Below, one piece after another: positions 11,585 to 23,563 of a DNA stretch of 64,000 nt. The stretch is taken from positions 41,850,001 to 41,914,000 of the forward strand of contig OX597817.1 of the NCBI GenBank assembly GCA_951406725.2, given 5' to 3'. The position numbers and the translations under genes were made by a program. The stretch is from Octopus vulgaris. Lineage: Eukaryota. The first letter of the stretch is position 1; each line of letters starts with the position of its first letter. The notes beneath the pieces were generated by a model. That model worked only from the letters and a program-made list of their open reading frames with translations. It was not told where the DNA came from and made no database searches.

Positions 11585-12375
11585 GAGAGAGAGAGAGAGA
11601 GAGAGAGAGCTCATGTGAATATTTGTGAAGATAGAGAGAAAGACAGAGAAAGGCAGAAAGGGAGAAAGAGAAAGAGCATGTGTGAAGAGAGTAGAGAGAA
11701 AGTGTGTGTGTGTGTGTGTATGTGTATGTGTGTGTGTGTGTGTGAGTGTGCAATGTGAGTGTATGTAAATGAGTCTATGTGAAGAGAGAGAGAACGGGAG
11801 AGAGAGTGGGAGAGAGAGTAAATGTGTGTATATGTGTGTGTGTGTGTGAGTGTGCAATGCGAGTATGTGTGTGTAAGTGAGTCTGTGTGAAGAAGAGAGA
11901 GAGAGAGAGAGAGTGAGTGTGCAATGTATGTGTGTGTGTGTCTGTTTGAAGAAAGAGAGAGTGGGAAAGAGAGAATAGGAGAGAGAGAGTGGGAGAGACA
12001 AAGTGGGAGAGAGAGAGTGAGAGAGAGAGAGTGGGAGAGAGTGTGGGAAGGTGGAGAGAGAGAGAGTGTGTGCGTGTGAGTGTGCAATGTGAGTATGTGT
12101 AAGTGAGAGTGGGAGATAGATAGATAGAGAGAGTGTGTGTGTGTGTGTGTGTGAATATGCGAAGAGAAAGACAGAGCAGGAGCAAGAGGGAGATAGAGTA
12201 AGATTATGTGTGTGTGAAGAGAGAGAGAAGGAAAGAAAGAGGGAGAGGGGGAGAGAGAAAGAGTGTGTGTATGTGTGTGCATGTGCATGTATTTGTGTAT
12301 GCATATGTATGTGTCTGTGTGTGCATGTGTAAGCAGATGGGTATGCATTTGTGTGTCTGTTGTGTGTGAGGGGAG
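11585..12375. repeat. Compound (GA)n/(GT)n microsatellite with higher-order units
   Basis: GAGTGTGCAATG recurs about 4 times between GA and GT runs. Confidence 0.9.
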
Positions 12376-13464
12376 AGAAGTCAATGTTTGGTTGCAGGTT
12401 TATAACCCAAGGCTTGTATGTCCTTCAACCTGTTAAGAACCGATTTCTTCATACTAACCAACTGCTAAATCTAGATATTGCTTCAATTATTATATAAACT
12501 ACTTCATCATAATTACATGGAGAATATGTATATATATTTTAAAGTGACATATCATGGAAATTGTTCTGAGTTTTGCAGACAAATAATTTCACCTGGAATA
12601 TTTCTGTCAACATTGAATTTCAATCAGAAAACTCTCTGATCAACTTCAATTACCTTCTTACATTATTAAAATTTTGGTTTTGGATTTTGGTTTTAATTTT
12701 TATCTTTGGAAATTTCATGGCATGCATGAAACAATTTTTATAATCTTAGACATTAACATATAAATGCTTTCTAAAGCAAGTAAACTGAAAGGAATCCAGG
12801 AGATTAAAAAGAAAACGGGGAAGAAAAAAAAAGAAAAAAGAGACTCTCTTCTTATCACAAAGATAGAATAGCATTTATTTTCCCTAAGGTAAACTGAACG
12901 AAGCATAATAATGTCTTTTTCTGGTTTTCTTTTTCCGTGATAAGTTTTATATTCATCTAGCTTTACTGCTGGACAGAAGTCAAAAGAAGGAAGGGACTTG
13001 AAGAATATTCCAACTGCTATTCACTAGTTTATTTATGTATGTATTTTTTCCCCTTCATTCTGAAGAACCTCATGTTCTATGCCAACTTTAGATAAGACAT
13101 CTAAAGTAAGACACATCGATGCAGAATAATATTTTCATGTTGCTTTAATGATTCAAATTGATTTTTTTTTACAGTTTTGAAATTTCTATTTATATTTTGT
13201 TTCACAGACATATTTCTGGAAGTTACACTACCTCTGGCTCATGGTTTAATCCATTCTTTTAATTAAATTGTTTTGGCGACAAGACAATTTTTGAAAAAAG
13301 TAATATATTTTTTTCCTGTTATAGTAAATATTTTTACTTGAACATTTTGATTTAAAGCCAAATGTTGAACACAACTCATGGTTAGAATCTAATGTCAGAT
13401 ATTGTAGGAAAATTTTGATAAGCTGAAGGTACATTTTATTTTTAATGCAGATGTCTCAAGGATC

Positions 13465-13852
13465 GTGCCAACAACCACCTTGAGCACCTTTTTGAGCTCC
13501 ATGTGTCTAACACATGTGGGCATTCCTACAAAGTCAGAAAACAGCACAGCCCCCATGACTTTCAGAAACATTTTTTCACACTCAGAGTTGCTGAAGCATA
13601 GAACAAACTACCTGCATCAGTTGTTAGTTTCTGAGATATTATATCCTTTAAAACCTCCAAGCTTCCTGAAATTCATCAACATTACACCTTATATCCCCAC
13701 CTCCATACGCATGCACACATGTATATTATGACTCATGCACTGTTCACTTACCTGACGTTTGTACACAATTCTACATACTGTACATACACCTTTGATGAGC
13801 TGTAGTGCACCTGAGCACTATACACAATAATTTCATTATTATCATTATTATT
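13465..13852 (+). pseudogene. CR1-group LINE ORF2 C-terminus and 3' UTR
   Basis: TCGHSYKVRKQ...KHFFTLRVAEA*NKLPASVVS...SFK matches the CR1 TRGH..K...FF..RV...WN.LP motif; (ATT)n tail. Confidence 0.8.
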
Positions 13853-14008
13853 GCCTTTGCACAGCTTCTAATGCTGGAGATGTACTACAGTGTCAGCTGT
13901 TCACTACCAGTGATCTAAGGTAACACTTCTTATTTTTCGAGTGTCTACCAGAGTATTTGAGCAGTTCCAAGCAGTGCTGTTTTCTGCGATTGCTCCACCC
14001 TTCTTATT
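13853..14008 (-). pseudogene. R4/Dong-clade LINE 3' end
   Basis: QKTALLGTAQIL matches the R4-clade terminal QK.ALLGTARILR motif; the 3' end abuts (AAT)n. Confidence 0.7.
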
Positions 14009-14557
14009 TATAGTGTATGAGGGAGAAAAGATGTCAGCAAGCAGGGTATTGGATAATCTACTAGGTAGAGAAGTCCTAGATCAATAGCTTGAAGGTTATT
14101 GCAGCCAAGTGGAAGATCTGTACCATCAGACAATGGTTGGGTATCAACTAGCAAACTAGCTTCTAATGCGGGTTAGCCTCATTATTGGCTGTGCTTGTTG
14201 CACTCTTGTACACCACTTGGTACTTGGTATGGATGTTCAAAGCTGCAGTTTGGTGGAGGAATGATGCCACCTGCCTTACTCACTGTCCAAAGATGTTTTA
14301 TCCAGAGACATGAGGTCATGAGCTTCACTTGTAACAGATGTCACCACTGCTGCATCAAGGGCAGGCCTTGCTGCTCACATGACAGAGAGGATTTCTGGAC
14401 AAACCAATCAATGTTGACCTACAATAGACAGGTGACATCAATATATGTATGTACATGTGTCAATTTGTGTGTTTGTGCATGTGTCTCCTTGCCTTGACAT
14501 TGTCACATGTTCATTTCTAATCTACCATGATAGCATATCTAGTCATGGGAAAATATT

Positions 14558-14780
14558 TATTTCTTTATTGCTCACAGGGAGCTAAACATTGAGGGGACAA
14601 ACAAAGGATTAAATAGATTACATCGACCCCAGTGCATAACTGGTACTTATTTAACTGACCCCGAAAGGATGGAAGGCAAAGTCGACCTTGGTGGAATTTG
14701 AACTCAGAACGTAACAGCAGATGAAATACCGCTAAGCATTTAGCCCAGTATACTAACGATTCTGCCAGCTCACCACCCTT
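14558..14780 (-). mobile_element. Meta-domain-like SINE family B, nested in a GAT-tailed SINE 3' region (14455-14920)
   Basis: Reverse complement of family B; flanked on both sides by GAAAATATT, a probable TSD. Confidence 0.8.
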
Positions 14781-15190
14781 GAAAATATTACCTTACTTGT
14801 AAACAGGTAAGGGTTGATGACAGGAAGAACATCCAGCTGCAGAAAATCTGCGTTAACAAATTTCATCTGATCGATGCAAACATGGAAATGTGAATGTTAA
14901 AACATCCACAATGATAATAATATACTTTGGACAAATTCTTGTAATATTTAACATAAGCAAAATAAAAATCTATTTCAAAGAACAGAAAACATGTCATTAC
15001 CTTTTAAGCACAATTAAAAAAAATTTCAAGTAGATAAATTGCAATATAGAAACCTGATTTTTTTTTTGAAGATGAGAAATTTATGCTTACAAAATCATTA
15101 TTCATTATTTACAAATGCTTGGATTCAGCAATAAACTAAGAACAATTTTTCAAGACCAATTTTAAAACATGATCTTTCTTATCTGATTTA

Positions 15191-16010
15191 TCATCAACAT
15201 CATTGTTGTTTAATGTCTGCTTTCCATGTTGGCATGGGTTGGACAATTTGACTGAGGGCTAGCTAGCCAGCTGCACCAGGCTCCCATCCAATCTGGCAAT
15301 GTTTCTACAGCTGGATACCCTTCCTAATGCCAACCACTCCGAGAGTGTGGTGGGATCCTTTTTATGTGTCACTGGCATGGGGGCCAGTCAGGCAGTACTG
15401 GCATCAGCCATGCTTGAATGGTGCTTTTTATATGTCACTGGCACAGGAGCCAGTTGGGCACCACTGGCAACAACCATGCTCCATTGGTGCTTCTAACATG
15501 TCACTGGCACAGGAGCCAGTCAGGTGGCACTGGCAATGATCACGTTCAAATGGTGCTTTTTACATGCCACCAGCTTGGGACTAGTCAGCCAGCACTGGCA
15601 CCAACCACGCTACAATGGTGCTTTTTATGTCCCACTGGCACGGGACCAGTCAGCCTGCACAGGACCAGTCAGTCTGCATGGGACCAGTCAGCTGGCATGG
15701 GACCAGTCAGCTAGCACTGGCAATGGCCATGCTCCAATGGTGCTTTTTATGTGCCACCAGCATGGGATCAGTTAGGTAGTACTCGCATCAACCATGCTCA
15801 AATGGTGCTTTTTATGTGCCACCAGTACAGGTGCCAATCAGGTGGTACTGCCATCAGCAACGACAATGACTTCACTTGCCTCAACAAGTCTTCACAAGCA
15901 CCAGTTTATTGCTCAATGATTGAAGGGTACTCTTAAATGGGCTGGCAACGCTGTACTCACATAGTCCATGGTTATGGTCTCACTTGGCTTGCCGGGTCTT
16001 CTCAAGCACA
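15191..16010 (-). mobile_element. RTE LINE 3' end with an expanded tandem-subrepeat 3' UTR
   Basis: Minus strand begins VLEKTRQAK*; about 7 copies of ATGGTGCTTTTTA.GTG/TCAC plus GGGACCAGTCAG subrepeats. Confidence 0.85.
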
Positions 16011-16187
16011 AATAAGTAAACAAACAAACATAAATGAATAAATAAGGTACATACTAAAAAGGTTTTGCTGAGTAGGTTAGCTATGTGTCCACTCTGACTG
16101 AGCCTTGATTTCATCTAATTCACTGGCCCCCTCCCCCAAAATTGCAGGCTTTGTGCCTAGAGTAGAAAAGAATATTTATTTTACATT

Positions 16188-16445
16188 AAGTTGGCGAGCT
16201 GGCAGAAACATTAGCACACCGGGCAAAATGCTTAGCAGTATTTCATCTGCCGTTATGTTCTGAGTTCAAATTCTGCCATGGTCGACTTTGTCATTCATTC
16301 TTTCAAGGTCAATCAAATAAGTACCAATTACGCACTGGGTTTGATATAATCAACTTAATCCATTTGTCTATCCTTGTTTGTCCTCTCTGTGTTTAGCCCC
16401 TTGTGAGTAGTAAAGAAATAGGTATTTTGTCTGTTTTTATGTTCC
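16188..16445 (+). mobile_element. Meta-domain-like SINE family B
   Basis: Similar to 1148-1410. Confidence 0.85.
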
Positions 16446-16491
16446 CACACAGCCACACCTATACCTATATATGCACATATAAATACATATA

Positions 16492-16854
16492 CAGGGTGAT
16501 TAAAAAGTCACCATACATAGGAACAATTTATCTTTTTATAAGAAACAGTTTAAAAGAACAGTTTTTTTTTCATTTAGCAGGCTCTATATGGTTACCATTG
16601 TTTTGAATACTCATTGCAATAAGTTTACCCTCACTCATTGTGAACTCGTAATAGCACATCTGGTGATACGTGTGCAAATGAGTTGGTGATGCAATCCTTC
16701 AAATTATTTATGTCTTTTTATCTTTCCACAATACACCATGCCTTTCAAATGGCCCCAAAGATAGAAATCAAGAGGGGAATCTAGGGTATCTTATAAAGTG
16801 TTTCTTATAAAAAAATAAATTTTTCCTATGTATGGAGACTCTTGAATCACCCTG
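16492..16854 (-). mobile_element. Internally deleted Tc1/Tc3-like DNA transposon
   Basis: TA TSDs; ~60-bp TIRs beginning CAGGGTGAT; internal minus-strand remnant SPLDFYLWGHLKGMVY...QNNGNHIE. Confidence 0.85.
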
Positions 16855-17429
16855 TATATGTACATAAGTATATGTGTGTGTTACTTTGCTTTGACATCTC
16901 TTGACAGTTGTATATGAATGTCACTCTTCTGCAAGCGATGTCTTTCGTTTCCAGTCTTCCATGAAAACATGTCTGGTCATGGGGAAAAATTAATAGGAGT
17001 GGATTGACAACAAGAAAAGCATCTGACTATAGAAAATTTACCTCAACAAATTTTCTGACCCATGCAAGCATGGAAAATTGGATGTTAAAACGATGAAGAG
17101 GATGATGATAAAATTTCAACAATAATCAATAAAGTTCACTTATATAAATAAGTTGGTATGCTACAGTGGAGATGTAAATTCTAACAATGCTGCGTAGAGT
17201 CCTAAAAAAACTTATATATAGTTTTGTATTTACCCCGGTGGCATGCAAACTTATTCTTATTTGCAAGCTTTATAAATTATATTAACCTAATAAACACCTG
17301 GCTTGAGGTTAGAAAAGTTATTATTGTTTACACAATTTCTCCTAATGACACTCTTCCATTCTTTCAACATACATTTTGGTTTATCAGTATTTATCTGTCA
17401 TTTTTATTTTCTTACAAAGATTCAAAGAT

Positions 17430-17806
17430 AGGCATAGGAGTGGCTGTGTGGTAAGTAGCTTGCTTAGAAACCACATAGTTCCAGGTTCAGTCCCACTGCG
17501 TGGCACCTTGGGCAAGAGTCTTCTACTATAGCCTCGGGCCAACCAAAGCCTTGTGCGTAGATTTGGTAGATGGAAACTGAAAGAAGCCTGTCGTATGTAT
17601 ATATATATATATGTATGTGTGTGTATATGTTTGTGTGTCGACAACTAATGCTGGTGTGTTTACATCCCTGTAACTTAGTGGTTCAGTAAAAGAGACTGAT
17701 AGAATAAGTACTAGACTTACAAAGAATAAGTCCTGGGGTCGATTTGCTCGACTAAAGGCGGTGCTCCAGCATGGCTGCAGTCACATGACTAAAACAAGTA
17801 AAAGAG
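17430..17806 (+). mobile_element. CORE-like SINE family A
   Basis: Near full-length match to 6564-7013. Confidence 0.9.
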
Positions 17807-18114
17807 TATATTTTTTAAACTTGATGGTTTGCAAACTTTTAATGTGGAGAAAAGATACATGTCCAAAATAGGAGTTATTGGGGGAAATTCTAGACTAGTG
17901 GTTCTCAACTAAGATTTCTGGGGGTACACATAAGAGTTTTAGGGGGTCGTGCAAGCAAAGCAGTAAATTGGGGATCCACAGAAGTATTTAAAAGATGCGT
18001 GAAATAATTTTGTTTTTGATATATTTATTGTAAGAAACAGCTAGACATAGTTCAACCTGTTTCTGGCCACTGAAACATGTGCTTCCAGAGAGTTCTTTTG
18101 CAAACCTACACAAA

Positions 18115-18270
18115 GTGCAGGCATGGCTGTGTGGTAAGAAACTTGCTTCCTAATCACATGATTCTCAGTTCAGTCCCACTGTGTGGCACCTTGGACAAGT
18201 GTCTTCTACTATAGCCTCGAGCTAACCAATGCCTTGTAAGTGGATTTGGTAGATGGAAACTGATGGAAGC

Positions 18271-18321
<51 letters not shown>

Positions 18322-18519
18322 ATATCTGTGTGTGTGTCATTGTGTCACTGTTTGTTACCCCACTATTGCTTGATAGCCAATGTTGGTGGGTTTACATCCC
18401 TGTGACTTATCCTTACAAAGGATAAGTCCTGGGGTCGATTTCTTCAACTAAAACCATTTAAGGTGGTGCTCCAGCATGGCCACAGTCAAATGAGTGAAAC
18501 AAGTAAAAGAATAAAAGAG
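18115..18519 (+). mobile_element. CORE-like SINE family A, nested in the hAT element
   Basis: Head, internal (TA)n and tail as in the other copies. Confidence 0.85.
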
Positions 18520-18720
18520 CAAGTTAATGACTTGTTCAGAGTATCTCTGCAGATATTCTATAGAAATTACAGCCAGCACTAATTTTTGTTACGTTTCATA
18601 TCCAAGATGCCAGATGTAAGCATTTCATAGAATATCTATAGAGATAACCTAAACAAGTGATGTAAAGTGCACTGCTAACACAGTAGGACATGGTACTGAC
18701 TTATAAAAATGTTTAATATA

Positions 18721-20007
18721 TTAGGTTGTTCCAAAAATAATGACTGATTTCAGAAACATAATGTTATTCTGGGAAAATTAACAATAGAAATGTTTTGATT
18801 AGTCAAAGTATGAGCCGTGAACGTCTATGCATCACTACAACTGATCAACGAGATTATTTATGCTTCATTGATAAAAACTTATTGGCTTTGATGCTAAGAA
18901 ATCTTTGAAAGCTGATTCCACCTCTGGTTTGGACCTGAAAGTTTTATCACTTAAAAAACGTTTATTAATGCTTTAAAAAATGGTAGTCTGTGGGTGAAAG
19001 ATCAAGAGAATATGGAGGATGTGGTAAAGTCTCATATCCCAAGTCTGTGAGTTTCTGCAGCATCATTCTTGCAACATATGACTTTGCATTACAGTGGAGC
19101 AGAATTGGGCCACACCGATTCACCAATGCAAATCTCATTTTTTGCAAGTGAGCATGCATTTCAGTGAGTTGATTGTAGTAAAGCTCTGCTGTAATGCTCT
19201 GATTGACTTCCAGAAAGCTGTAATGGACAACACCAATTGCAGACCACCAGACAGACATCATAATCTTTTGCTGATGCAACTTTGGCTTTGGGAAATGTTT
19301 CGGGGTGGGAACTCATCACAATCAAGCCATTGACTTGATCGTTTATGGTTATCATAAAGGATCCACTTTTCATCACAAGTGACTATTTGGTCAAGAAAAG
19401 TATCATTGGTTTTCACAGAAAGAGCATTGAGTACACTTCAAAACATTAAACTTATTGATTTTCATTGAGCTCATATGGTACCCATTTATCAAGTTTTTTC
19501 ACCTTAACAATCTTCTGCAGATTCCATGAGACTGTTGCAATACCAACACCAAGTGACTGAAAGATTTCTCTGATACTTTGACATGGGTTTTGTTCGACAA
19601 TTGCTTTCAATTATTCATTGTCAAGACTGCATGACCAGCCTCAACCTTCTTCATCTTCAAGGCTCTCATCACCACTACAGAATTTCTGAAACCAATTTTG
19701 CACTGTGCGATCACTTGTGGACCCCTCTCCCAATGCTGCATTGATATTGGCAACTGTTTGGGAGGCATTGTGCCAAAGTTTGAACTCATGTAAGAAAAGT
19801 AAGCAAAGGTCCTTTTTGTCATGTTCATAATTAAGAGTGCCTATGCTTCAAGAATATTTTCTGTCTGAAATAAGTAGAAAATCATTAAAGAGCACACATC
19901 AATTATTAAGTATGTCAAAATTCACCAAAAATACAATTAAAATACTATGATAAATTGCATTTCAAAACACAACACTTAGTGCAGCCATTATTTTCGGAAC
20001 AACTTAA
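18721..20007 (-). mobile_element. Full-length mariner transposon (1287 bp)
   Basis: TIRs TTAGGTTGTTCCAAAAATAATGACTG / CAGCCATTATTTTCGGAACAACTTAA; TA TSDs; canonical mariner length. Confidence 0.95.
18799..19828 (-). pseudogene. Mariner (DD34D-type) transposase, disrupted
   Basis: KIMMSVWWS...ILLHCNAKSY...HPPYSLDLSPTDYHF...GSYFD*; frameshifts and stops; the catalytic HDNA motif reads HCNA. Confidence 0.92.
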
Positions 20008-20461
20008 TACTTTATAGTATACTATGGTTGCATAACAAAATATAGTGTCCTTACAAGTTATTAACAGGTGAACAAGTGAAAAGCAAAATAGGAATTTTGA
20101 AAGTACCTATAAAACTAGTTTTTAAATGCTGAATGCCTATGGGGGTCTATCAGAATAAAATAGTAATCAAAGGGGTCCATAAGTCAAAAAAATATTTTGA
20201 GAATCACTGTTCTAAACAGTCACTCATTCTGCTAGAAAGAGTAACTTAATTGCCTTCAAATCACACACCAGTTTAAATTAAAGAACAGCTGAAGTACTTT
20301 TGATTACAGGTCCACTCACTCAGGCCTGACCTAGGACTAAACAACAAAGCCTTAGAATTATTAAGGGAATGAAGTTGTGGTGATTATGCCTTTCTCATTG
20401 ATATTGATGAAAGGTTTCATCTGGAAGATAAAGCAGAAATATAGATTAAACTTGCTGCAAT

Positions 20462-20642
20462 AGGCACAGGCATGGCTGTAAGATTAAAATGTTCGCTTCC
20501 AAACCATGTGATTTTGGGTTCAATCCCACTGTGTGGCACCTTGGAGAAGGCAGAGTAAAGCCCTGTGAGAGAAGGGATCTCCAGCTGTAGAAAATCTGCC
20601 TCAATGAATTTTGTTTGAAGCCTGAAGTAGTGAACATTAAAG

Positions 20643-20672
<30 letters not shown>
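20462..20672 (+). mobile_element. SINE with a family A head and an RTE-like GAT tail
   Basis: Head as family A up to CACCTTGG, then CCAGCTGTAGAAAATCTGCCTCAA...(GAT)n. Confidence 0.6.
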
Positions 20673-20673
<1 letters not shown>

Positions 20674-21572
20674 ATACAAGAGTATCCCTACAATCTCAAA
20701 GGGGGATCTGAAATATCTTTTAATAAAATTCAACCTCAAATGATTTGATGACTTTTGGGACACACTGTATTTATGAATGTAAATCTTTGAACAATATTGT
20801 CTTAGCTTTAAAAAAAAAATTTTAATTCCTTTTTTTACATATATCATATATGATATATATACATATATGTATATATACATACACACACACATGTATACAT
20901 ATACATATATAAATATATATGTGCATATATGTATATGTGTACATGTCTCTATGTCTGTGTGTGTGTAACATATATCATGTATTTAACATATATCTTATAA
21001 AGATAATCAATTTATATTTGTAAAATGAAAGTTTTAATGCTAAACAATTCAAATAGTTTTACTTTGTTTATGTCTTTGAAAACACCATAACTTAATTAAC
21101 AAAAAAATAAATACCATAACTTCTTCCAGGGTCACTTATATTTATTCCCATTCTCTCTTTTATATGGTCTCCCATGGAACTCAATCAATCTTTATAGAAC
21201 ACCTAGGATTTTGTAGAAAAAAAAAACAACAAATCAAAAAAGCAGTTTAAAATCTGTACTTTACTCAATATATCGAACATTCAAACAATGCTTAGAAATC
21301 CATCATGTGGAATTTATTTCCAGTACATGTATTTGCACCAGTTGTTAGTTTTCATTATTTCAAAAGAATAACAATTCTGTTAGTGAGCTAGTAGAATCAT
21401 TTGCATATCGGACTAAATGCCAACCAGTGTTTCTTTGAGCTCTTTTATTCTGAGTTCAGATTCCACTGAGAATAACTTTGCCTTTCATCCTTTTACTGGG
21501 TGGTAAAAGGAAAACCAGTTGAGCTTTTTCTTACTCTGTTTTTTCTTATTCTGTTTTCTCTCAATCAACACT

Positions 21573-21823
21573 TGCATGAGACTGTTGCAATACCAACACC
21601 AAGTGCCTGAGACATTTCTCTGACACTTTGACATGGGTTTTGTTCGACAATTGCTTTCAATTATTCAAGACTGCATGACCATCCTCTACCATCTTCATCT
21701 TCAAGGCTCTCATCACCACTACAGAATTTCTGAAACCAACTTTGTACTGTGCGATCACTTGTGGACCCCTCTCCCAATGCTGTGTTGATATTGGCAGCAG
21801 TTTGGGAGGCATTGTGCCAAAGT
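21573..21823 (-). pseudogene. Partial copy of the mariner transposase 5' region
   Basis: Closely similar to 19525-19780 (NFGTMPPK...WERGPQVIAQ in both ORF translations). Confidence 0.9.
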
Positions 21824-22402
21824 TACTTTGCCTCTCTCTCACTCTCTCTCTCTCCCTCCCTTTCTGTTTTCTTTTTGTCTTCTCTTCTCCCTTACTTCTC
21901 CTTTTCTCTCCGTTTCTTCCTTCTTCTTTCTGGCTAACCCCATCCTCAAAATTTCTGAAATGCCTTGTTCAGGGACACATCACATCACCCAATCTGAAAA
22001 CTGAACTCACAACCTAACGGTCACTGCTGACTTTGTGTCAAAAATTAAAGCCATTATTTTAGAAGAATCATTCAAACAATTCATCTGACCCATGACAACC
22101 CTGCTTTTCATACTCCAGTATGTCATTCAAAAGTTACTAAAGATTCTGCTTTGAATCAGATCAGAAGGGTTTCTAGATAAATAGAGTCACTTTATTAAAA
22201 CCTTAAATAATTGTTTTCATTTAATATAAATATATAATATCACAACATTCTATTGTATTAGAATATTTCTATTGATGACAGTTCATACGTTTATTGTCCA
22301 TATATCTAATGTCTATTTATGTTATATTAGTATTTAGCTTAGTGAATTTAATATATTATTGCTAGAGAACAATAGGACAATATCTTTGACACTTAATCTA
22401 TT

Positions 22403-22635
22403 ATGTGTGGCCTAGAGCTTACAGTTTGTAGCTCATGATCATTAGGTTGGGGGTTCAATTTTCAGACTGGGTGGTGTGTTGTGTTCCTGAACAAGGCATT
22501 TTATATCATGTTGTTCCAGTCCACAAAGTACTCACAAATGAGTACTGCTGCCATTAGTAGCCACAAATGTGTACTAATGGTAACAGCTGAGGGTTAACCT
22601 GCAGTGGACTGGTGTCTCATTCAGAGGGAGAACCT
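22403..22635 (+). mobile_element. tRNA-SINE, head C with an AACCTGCAGTGGACTGG tail
   Basis: A- and B-box-like head; tail similar to 835-870. Confidence 0.55.
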
Positions 22636-22807
22636 TGTGCTCTGAGCTGCCTAAATGTCTCAGAATCCAGGCACAGGTTTGGTTGGATGCCCGTCCTAAT
22701 GCCAGTCACTTTACAGAGTGTACTGGGTGCTTTAATGTGGCACCAGATTTTCTTTCTTCTGTCTTCTTACTGAACACTCATACATCATCTTTCATGGGCG
22801 AGTGTGT

Positions 22808-22838
<31 letters not shown>

Positions 22839-22903
22839 AAATGTCAAACGATGAAAATGAGTGCTCAACACCGTATTGGTGGATAGAATTTCTTATATTT
22901 ATA

Positions 22904-22942
<39 letters not shown>

Positions 22943-22963
22943 ACGATGATATGTATGTATTTG

Positions 22964-23005
<42 letters not shown>

Positions 23006-23086
23006 TGGATAAGATTGTTTTTTAAATACCGATCTTATCAGGTAGCCAGCATGGGAATAAAAACCTTCAAAGATAATAATTATTAT

Positions 23087-23316
23087 TAAATTTATAATTT
23101 AGGGTATCTAAGAGATACCACCACGCTGGAAATAGCAGCTAAAACTTGACTCTAAAACCACATTAAATGTTCATACAGCACCAGGAGAGAAGACAAAGAG
23201 ACAAAATAAACTAGCAAAAAGATTACTGGACAATTCTAGATCCCAGATTTCTGGCTCTGCATAAGAAATGCTCTGCCCTCATCAGTGAAATATACTCAGA
23301 TAGCACATAAATACAG

Positions 23317-23355
<39 letters not shown>

Positions 23356-23480
23356 ACATACAAATACTTATGTATACGAACGTATACATACACATATATG
23401 CACGTATGCACACAACCAGTTTTAGAGTTAAGTTTTGGCTGCTATTTCCAGCGTGGTGGTATCTCTTAGATACCCTAAAT

Positions 23481-23490
<10 letters not shown>
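23087..23490. repeat. Inverted repeat (~70-bp arms) enclosing a hammerhead-like motif, Penelope-like
   Basis: TTATAATTTAGGGTATCTAAGAGATACCACCACGCTGGAAATAGCAGC and its reverse complement at ~23419-23490; CTGATGA...GAAA on the minus strand at 23233-23290. Confidence 0.75.
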
Positions 23491-23539
<49 letters not shown>

Positions 23540-23563
23540 ATATATATATATGTATATATGTAT

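Larger units (their letters stand above)
17896..20209. mobile_element. hAT (Charlie/Buster-like) non-autonomous element hosting nested insertions
   Basis: TIRs TAGTGGTTCTCAA / TTGAGAATCACTG; 8-bp TSD TTCTAGAC / TTCTAAAC fits the NTCTAGAN target preference. Confidence 0.75.

Noticed and set aside
11543-12384. 253-aa and 257-aa ORFs rich in S/L/H/T
   Set aside because: They are stop-free readings of GA/GT microsatellites
15340-15850. CRISPR-like repeat-spacer array
   Set aside because: The spacers are similar to each other, the array lies inside an RTE 3' UTR, the context is eukaryotic and there are no cas genes
18965-19279. SETMAR-like domesticated host gene
   Set aside because: It is bounded by TIRs and TA TSDs, has stops and frameshifts, and shows no SET domain or splice evidence
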